Below, in pieces: positions 56,892 through 64,000 of a stretch of DNA of 64,000 bases. How positions within the stretch are numbered: the stretch's first letter is position 1; each line of letters begins with the position of its first letter. The translations under genes and the position numbers were made by a program. The DNA lies in the NCBI GenBank assembly GCA_964188305.1, contig OZ076885.1, one strand, 5' to 3'. The notes beneath the pieces were generated by a model. That model searched no databases. It was not told the DNA's origin and saw only the letters and a list, made by a program, of their open reading frames with translations. The stretch is from Podarcis bocagei. Lineage: Eukaryota.

Positions 56892-59800
56892 GGTAAGATG
56901 GTAGCAAATAAAACTGTCTTAACTGACCAGCAATATTTGTTGTCATAGGTTACAAAACAAATGAAATAAGTACTGTAAAGCATTTATTTATTTTTTTCTC
57001 CATTGCTATCATGGAGCCACTCAGAAATTTTGATAATGAGGGAATAAAGGAGGCAGGAAGGATAACCCTATGATAAAATGCCTTCCTCTGCAGGATAGAA
57101 AACCTCACACAGGAACTCACATGCCTCTGTTCAACTTGTCCAGAGCTCCTTGTCTTTTAATTTTTACATAATTGTTTCCCAGTGCAGTTGACATCCCTTT
57201 CCCCCATACATATATGTTTACTCCACAAAAATCCTCGGACAAAAATGTGCTTTTATTCTTCAGATTAATCCCTAAATAAATGCCAACAACTGCACGCATC
57301 CTTGAGCAGGTGGTTAATCCTCAAGGAAAATAATTGACAAGGCTGCCTCTGGGATATCCCAGAGCTTCTCTACTGAAACACTTCTTGAAATGCTTAACTG
57401 AGAGCCACCATTCTGGTTTGCTTCTTCTTTGAGGTCTAACATATTTTCTCACACGAGGGCAGCCATTTTGAAGTCACTGCATAACTCACAAATTAAAAGT
57501 CATCTTCTTCTGGCAGGTAGAAATATTGTTATGAGTTTTGAGGGGAGGAAGTAGGCTGTATGTAAGATTCTTCTAGTGTTAAAATATGAGTCAGGCTAGC
57601 TTTCTGTGTTGAGGTGACAGCCTGGGCGATGGGCCATTAAGGGAAACAAATGAAAGGGGCTCTGTGTGAGACGGCACATGGGTGGTGCCCTCAACTCAGA
57701 GATAGTTAGAAGGACAAAGCCAGAAGGGTCAGCAGTAGGTAGGGCCAAGCCCATCACCCATTCTCCATACCTAGGCAAGTCACACAAGCTCTTGTGTGTG
57801 TGAGAAGGATGAAAGGAATCTGCCTTTTTTCAGGGAGAGATGGTGGAATAAAGCAGTAGTGAGGCAGTAAGGAAAGGAGGAGCTCTGTGTTCTGAACATC
57901 TTTTCTAGTTCTCACTTTGTTTGACAGACTCACTCCTTCACACACAGTTCCGTGCTTCAGGTGAACAAAACAAAATAGCTTGTGCTGAGAGAAAAGCGAC
58001 TGCCTGCCAAATAAAGGGCGAGTTTGCCAGTTTTAGTAGAAAGCAGGCAACACGTTTGTGTCTCTTATCCTGGCCTAGCTCTTACAAGGCCTACGATGGG
58101 GTGTGCGTGTAACTCTAGTCTCAGCCTCCCCCTCAGGAGAGGGTGGTGACGTGAGTTGGCCTGGTGGAGGAAAACCGTCACAATACAAGTCAGCACTTGC
58201 CCAGTATTGCTTGCTGCCGCCGCTGCTGGAAACAGACATTACTATCCCAGCTACCTTGACTGTCTGGTAATCAACTGGATTCCTCCTCAGGTGAAAAAAG
58301 CAAGGGCCGAACCAGATGCATATGTTTTGAAATGCGCACTTGCTGGCTTGGCTATAGAGCAGGGAGGTATCTACTTTTATTACTAAATGCACCATGGGGG
58401 GGGGGCAATGGGAGCAAAAACTGCCTCCTCCCCAGCTTTGCTGTTCTGCATTCACCTGCTGGAATATCACCCCCACCCTGCCCCAATAATACCCCAGTAA
58501 TTTCCTTGGTATTGTAGCTGGGCTAGGGGTGGAATTAAAGCAACAAAGCACAGGGAAGGAAGGTAGAGGAGAGCGCAGTTTCCCTCCTGCTGTCAACAAG
58601 CTCAGTTTAGTGATAAAGGCAGAGCACCCAGTTTCACTTTATAGCCAAATAGAAGAGCATGTGTTTAGCAAACACCCTGCATCTGAGCTTGGCTCTGATT
58701 CGGATCACTGGCTCCCCACAGCTCAGGGATCTCTTCCAGCACTACCTGCCCATGTTTTCCTTTGTAGGAAACACACAGTGTGTATATCAAGTGCAATGAA
58801 TCCCCAAACCATTCTCCTCCAGTGTGGCTTGGAGGCAGCAGCAGATTAACTAATAAAACAGGCAGGACTGAATTAAAATGCCAGCTCTGCCCTCCAATGT
58901 GAAATGCAGCCAACTTTGGCAATTTCTAAAGTATGCTACCTTTCCATGTGCAAGTTAGGTCTCGCATACAAAGCCTGTGGTTGACCACACCCAGCCACAG
59001 GCCTGGGAACCCCCCTCTAGCCATCCCAATATCTGTGTATACACTCCTAATTGCTCTGCGTTCAGTGTGCTCCCACTGCTAGTTTGGGTGTACATACAAT
59101 GTTCTCCACAATCCATATCTGTCCTGTTGTTTCTTGGCCAATACTGTGTTCTGATGCATTGAGAAAAAGAACAACTTAGATGCTTTTCTAGTTAATAATG
59201 TGTACACAGCCTAAGAAAACTCATAGCTGAAAAGCAGCAGGTGGCTGCCTAAGAAATACTGACCAGTATTCTTAGTGGTGTGAGTAGTATGATTCTCTTG
59301 CTACTACTGTTGGGCTTGTAGCCTCATCCAACCTCCATTAACCACATCCATTTAGAACTCTCCTTTCTGATTTTATCTGTGCCTCACCTTTAACATTAAT
59401 ATAGAACTACTATATTTTTTGGAAAATGGTTTGTCTGTTCTCTATGCACTTGAACACCTCTTAAGATATTGTAACCAAATTTTGCATGATGGTTCTTGAA
59501 GAAGCAGGTTTTTGTCTGTTGGGGGGGGGGGAGATGCCTTTCAAAATTGCACTCAACCTTTCAAAACTTCACTGGGCTTTTCTTTGGTTTCATTTCTTAG
59601 ATTTCCTGAGAAATGTTGGGCACCTGACACTAGTACTCTTCTGTGAAGAACTCCAGAAAAAAACCCAATCCCATACTTTGCCCAGACTCCAGAGGAAATT
59701 GTGCTCATTGTACCATTGACCAACTTTCCCCATAGGGGATGGGAGAGGTCAATGTGGTAATGATAGCAATTATTTCATTTATTTTATTTAGGAATACTTA

Positions 59801-60329
59801 TAAACTAATTGCCATGATAATAAATCTCAAAGCTGTGTGCAATATAAAACAAAAAAATGTAATAAAACTATTATTATAAGCCCTGTGTCACTAACACAAC
59901 ATCCAAATTTATGAGCTACAGGACCAAGTATTAAATTGTGCAGCAGCAGCACCAGCAGCAGTAGCACACTCAGAATGTGAGCGCAGAGGAAGATTCTGTC
60001 CACAGGAGATCTAAAAGTGGGTCTGTCATGCCCCCACAGAGCTATGGTGTGTGCAAGAGTGAGAGAGCGGTCTGCTTCCATCACCAAAGGGGATATGCAC
60101 CTCCCTACTCTGCTGCTTTAATTCTTTCTGCTCCTGACCCATCTCTGATAGAAGATTACATCAACATTTACAACACATTACAACACACATAAATAAAAGT
60201 TGAATGTTCAAAGTTTATAGCTTATTGCAGTGCTTTCACTCTACCACTGAACCTTATGAATACATACAAGACACCTGCCATACCCATGTACCTTTGGCAG
60301 TGCTTATTCCGCAACTAGGGCGGTTGACT

Positions 60330-61770
60330 CCCCTTTTCCTTGTCATTCCTAGTTTTTTAATGCTGTGTCTGCAGTAGTTCCTCCTCTTTTTTCCAGTACA
60401 GGAAAGATTCTGGCAGAAGCTGCTTCTGATTTAAATCTCCTCCCACTGTTAGCACCAGACCATCTAGTTCTGCCTTGATCTCTACCAGCTCCTCAGCACC
60501 ATCTATCCTCAGCCCCCTGATCTTCTTTCTCATACACACTATCCCTGGGTGACCTCATCATAGCCATTGTTTTTAGTACCACATGTACTCAGATGAGACC
60601 CATCTCTGCCTCCCCTGTAATTCAGTCCCACATCTCCTGCTTCCTCTCCAATAGCTCTGCTTGCCAACATCTTAAACTTATTATGTCCAAGACTGACCAT
60701 CTCATCCTTCCGAACCCTCTTTTCCACTCATGCTTTCCTTATCCATTGGCAATGTTATTACCCCCCCTCCCATTGATCAGTCACATAGCTTTGACTTTAT
60801 TATTGACTTCTCTCTCTCCCTTATTCCCCATATCGAGTCTGTGGTCAAGTCATGTCACTTCTCCTTTTATATCATTGTAAAAATGTAGCTCTTCCTCTTT
60901 GTCCTCTGAGCAAAGCTTCTGGTCCATGCCCTGATCATCTCTTGCTAGGCAGCTACAATCTTCTCCTCCTTGGTCTTCCATTGCTTCCCCTTAATCCCCT
61001 TGCATCTACCATGCATTCTTCTGCCAAAATAATACATCTTTCTCATCATTTTGATCACATGAAATGCCTCCCTAAATCCCTCCTTTGACTTCCTGTCCTA
61101 GAAAAAAAGCATAGCTCAGTGGTTGAGCATCTGTTTTGCATGGTTCCAGATTCAGTCCTGAAAATCTCCAGGTACAACTGGGAGGGACCCTGTCAGAAAC
61201 CGTGGAGAGCTTCTGCCAGTCAGTGTGGATAATACTGGACTCCTTCGTGAGGAAGGGTAGGGTATTATTAATAATAACAATAATAATCTAGAGGGACCAA
61301 TTATCTGACTTGGTATAAGGCAGCTTTCAATGCACAAATTATTATTACCCTTACTTTTGAAACCCTCCATCCCCTATCTCTCACATATACAACTGTCCAT
61401 TTGGGATCTTCCCCCTCTGTCCTGAGTTTTGTGAAGTTCTGTTTCCTGAAAAGACTCCACCCTTTCTCTCTTGATGCCCCACATGCTTGAAATTACCTCC
61501 CAGAACTGCTGCAGGATGCACTTCTCTTGATTCCTTCAAATTCCTTTCTTTGGCTTCCATCTCCCAGTTCTCATGCCCTGCTATAGGTCAGCCTTTGCCT
61601 AGGTGCATGCAATTGCATACTGCTTCTAATGTTGACCCAGCCTCTATGTTCCTCCCCTTCATGTGTTGTTTCCACTGTGACGAATTTTAGATTGTAAGCT
61701 CTGCAGAACAGGGAGATGTCCTCTTCTACTGTGTAAAGTGTGTGTACCTTAGTGGTGCAATATAAACAAA
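60330..61770 (+). mobile_element. Ancient L2 LINE relic interrupted by a SINE
   Basis: Pyrimidine-rich sense strand; decayed RT-like segment near 60500-60610 (SLGDLI..YHMYSDETHL); L2-type end TAGATTGTAAGCTC..CAGGGA..TGTAAAG. Confidence 0.65.
61108..61328 (+). mobile_element. tRNA-derived SINE inserted into an L2 relic
   Basis: TAGCTCAGTGGTTGAGCATCTG...CTGCCAGTCAGTGTGGATAATACTG...GTATAAGGCAGCTT. Confidence 0.75.
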
Positions 61771-62819
61771 AGCAATCATTTCCAGATGGATAGTTGTGTT
61801 AGACTTGCAAAAACAACAAGGCTGTTGTAAAAATTACTGGGGAGAATTTAAATGTGCTATATAGAAATAAATGCTAATGATGTTAGCACATGCGACTTAA
61901 ATTGCCTTTGAGCCTCTCTTGTGCTAGTTCTGTTAATGGCTGGTTATTGCTCATGAGAACAGAAGCTTTTGTGATTCAATTCAATTACAAACCTAACTAA
62001 GGCAAAAGCCGCTTTAAGCTTCATGTTTAAAATGCCCTGTTGGTGTATGCACTAAAATGGCCTCTTGTAAACAACAAATGTTTCCATCTACTGCCCATGC
62101 ATACTGCTTGCATGCTCAGAAATGTAAAATATCACATTATTTTGATATAGTGTATGTGGGGTAGATGCATTTCTGCAGATCTGGGCAGGATCATTGACAC
62201 AAAGCTAGAAGTAGCACATCATGGGGGTTTTGAGGGGGATTGAATGTACTGCTTAACAACATCATTTTATAAGGCAGGTGACAATCATTTTTATAAACTA
62301 CAGAGAGGGAAACAGGAAGTGTGGCTGCTTCCTAAAGGACGCATTGAGCAAAAAGTGCCAACCACGTCAAAGCCAGTCATGAATCAAATGGCTACGTTTG
62401 TTGAGCCTTCATCCTGATTTGTTTGCAGGGGGATTAGATTACTTTGATTGTTGAATGAGCATTCATTGTATCAAAGCAAGTGTTATCTCACACATTTTAC
62501 CGCATTGCCCCATCACTTTCCTCATCAGAAAAGTCCTCTTTTTTTTTAAGGAAGTGGGTTTCTTGCACAAAAGCTCCCAATAAACTGTAATTGCACAACC
62601 TGAATTTGCTAGTTTATGATTGAATCACACCCCAAAATAGTGACAAATTAGAAGTGCCCATGATAACATTTCCATACGTCTAACTAACTCATCTTATTCT
62701 CCTTCCTTGACTGAGCTACCTCTGAGGCCTCACTAGGAAGTGAAAAGAGGGACAGGAAGGAAGGAATAAAGAGAGAAGATGTAAATTATTTCAGAGCTAA
62801 GGAAGCCTCAAATGAAACA

Positions 62820-63388
62820 TTACACATTAGAACTTATTGCATGGTAGGCATGTAAAAAGCTTAAAGAACATTGGGAAATGATTTATGAGATGAAAAAAAT
62901 GTTTAAAACAACCTTCCCAAAAAGACCGGAGGCATTTCTGCTAGGAATTGTTCAGAAGTCTCCAGTTGCCAGAAAAGCTTATTTATATACACAACAATGG
63001 CGGCTTGGATTTTGTTAGCCCCAAAATGGAAAGTGAGAGTGGTCCCAGGGAAGGAGGACTGGCAACTTAAGATGATAGAATATGTGGAACTAGCTTGTCT
63101 AAGAATGAGAACAAGAACAGCAGGTATTTAAAGAGGAGTGGAATAATTTCACTGAGCATATAGAAAACAATTGTGCACAGTTGAAATTTCTGGCAGCATT
63201 AAGGTAAATTCAACAGTATAATAAATATTAGAGTGATGTAAGATAGGAGAACTGAATTAGATGGTTATAGCAAAATATGCAGGAATGGTGGATAAACTAA
63301 ATGAACCATGGAAGGGGAAGGAGGGAAGTCATTGAATGTATGGTATAATGAAAGATGATTATTTTGAGATGTAAAATAGAAAACTTAA

Positions 63389-63390
<2 letters not shown>
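62820..63390 (+). mobile_element. L1-clade LINE 3' fragment, degraded
   Basis: PEAFLLG, YTTMAAWILLAPKWK..EDWQLKMIEYVEL, then an A-rich end and (CA)n. Confidence 0.7.

Positions 63391-63391
<1 letters not shown>

Positions 63392-63437
<46 letters not shown>
63392..63437. repeat. (CA)n microsatellite at the L1 tail
   Basis: Read directly. Confidence 0.97.
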
Positions 63438-63439
<2 letters not shown>

Positions 63440-63548
63440 TTGCACAATAGCCAAAGTGTTTTCCAACCAATATAAAGTGCAGCCTCTCCCTCCAAAACAA
63501 TGGTGGGCTCATAAAAATAACTGGATTTACAAAATAGAGAAAGAATTA

Positions 63549-63630
63549 CCGTATTTTTTGCACCATAACACTCACTTTTTTCCTCCTAAAAAGTAAGGGG
63601 AAATGTCTGTGCATGTTATGTAGGGAATGC
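63549..63630. mobile_element. Left end of a Tc1-mariner-type non-autonomous element; right end not seen
   Basis: TA-CCGTATTTTTTGCACCATAAC.. terminal motif; only one end is visible in the window. Confidence 0.5.
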
Positions 63631-64000
63631 CTATGGGTGGTGTGAGGGTTTGATTAGCTGCTTGTGCGTGAAAACGTGCTCCCTCAGAGTTTGTGCGCCC
63701 CCACAAACCTCCGTGTGTGACGGAGCTCCTCAGACATGTCTGCTCTAGTCACTAGTAGAGTCCGACAGTGGCTGTCTGCGGAAGCGTTTCCAGCAAAGAA
63801 GTTCCTTAACGGAAACGCGTCTCCTGGACTCACGGCGTGACAGTTTCCTGCGAGGTATGGGTCTCCCTATGGGAGACTCCGATACCTCCCCACTGTTCTC
63901 GCTGGAAGCCTCCCTGAGCCCTCCCTCCTGCTCGCATTCCCTCAGAGACCCACTCCTCCCCCTGCTGGTCCCTGCTTCAGCAGTTGAGTCTCTTTCATCC

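Noticed and set aside
57117-57299. Minus-strand ORF ending at a GTGAGT donor, considered as a PKP3b-like first exon
   Set aside because: The donor is in phase 2 of this ORF, fitting neither the internal exon 1 acceptor (phase 0) nor exon 2 (phase 1); the phase-0 frame has a nearby stop. A non-coding exon cannot be excluded.
51500-64000. Many 60-170 aa ORFs upstream of PKP3, checked for B4GALNT4 exons or a novel gene
   Set aside because: None resembles a known protein apart from L1, L2 and hAT remnants, and I found no consistent exon chain.

Overview
Vertebrate genomic DNA, most likely a squamate reptile and probably a lacertid lizard (inferred from the repeat content: BovB, tRNA-derived squamate-type SINEs, TA-flanked pogo/Tigger MITEs, L1/L2 relics). 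The window holds one complete protein-coding gene, plakophilin-3 (PKP3), on the minus strand. I traced 13 coding exons by hand from the ATG at 44685 to the TAA at 5630. All 12 introns are GT-AG and phase-consistent, giving a 2496-nt CDS (831 aa). It has a CpG-island promoter at about 44.4-45.5 kb and a probable 3-kb 3'UTR ending near 2590. The rest is intron or intergenic DNA filled with transposon relics and microsatellites. I see no prokaryote-type system and no second supported gene. The best leads are: a BovB copy whose apparent target-site duplication encloses about 325 bp of foreign 5' sequence; three copies of one MITE positioned so they could circularise exons 2-5 into an in-frame, stop-free circle; promoter ZEB-type boxes that are also perfect antisense 5' splice sites; a retained PKP3b-type acceptor inside exon 1; apparent loss of the human S285 14-3-3-sigma site; and transposons resembling mammalian Tigger1 and MER103C. 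Repeat family names and human comparisons are from memory and need database confirmation.
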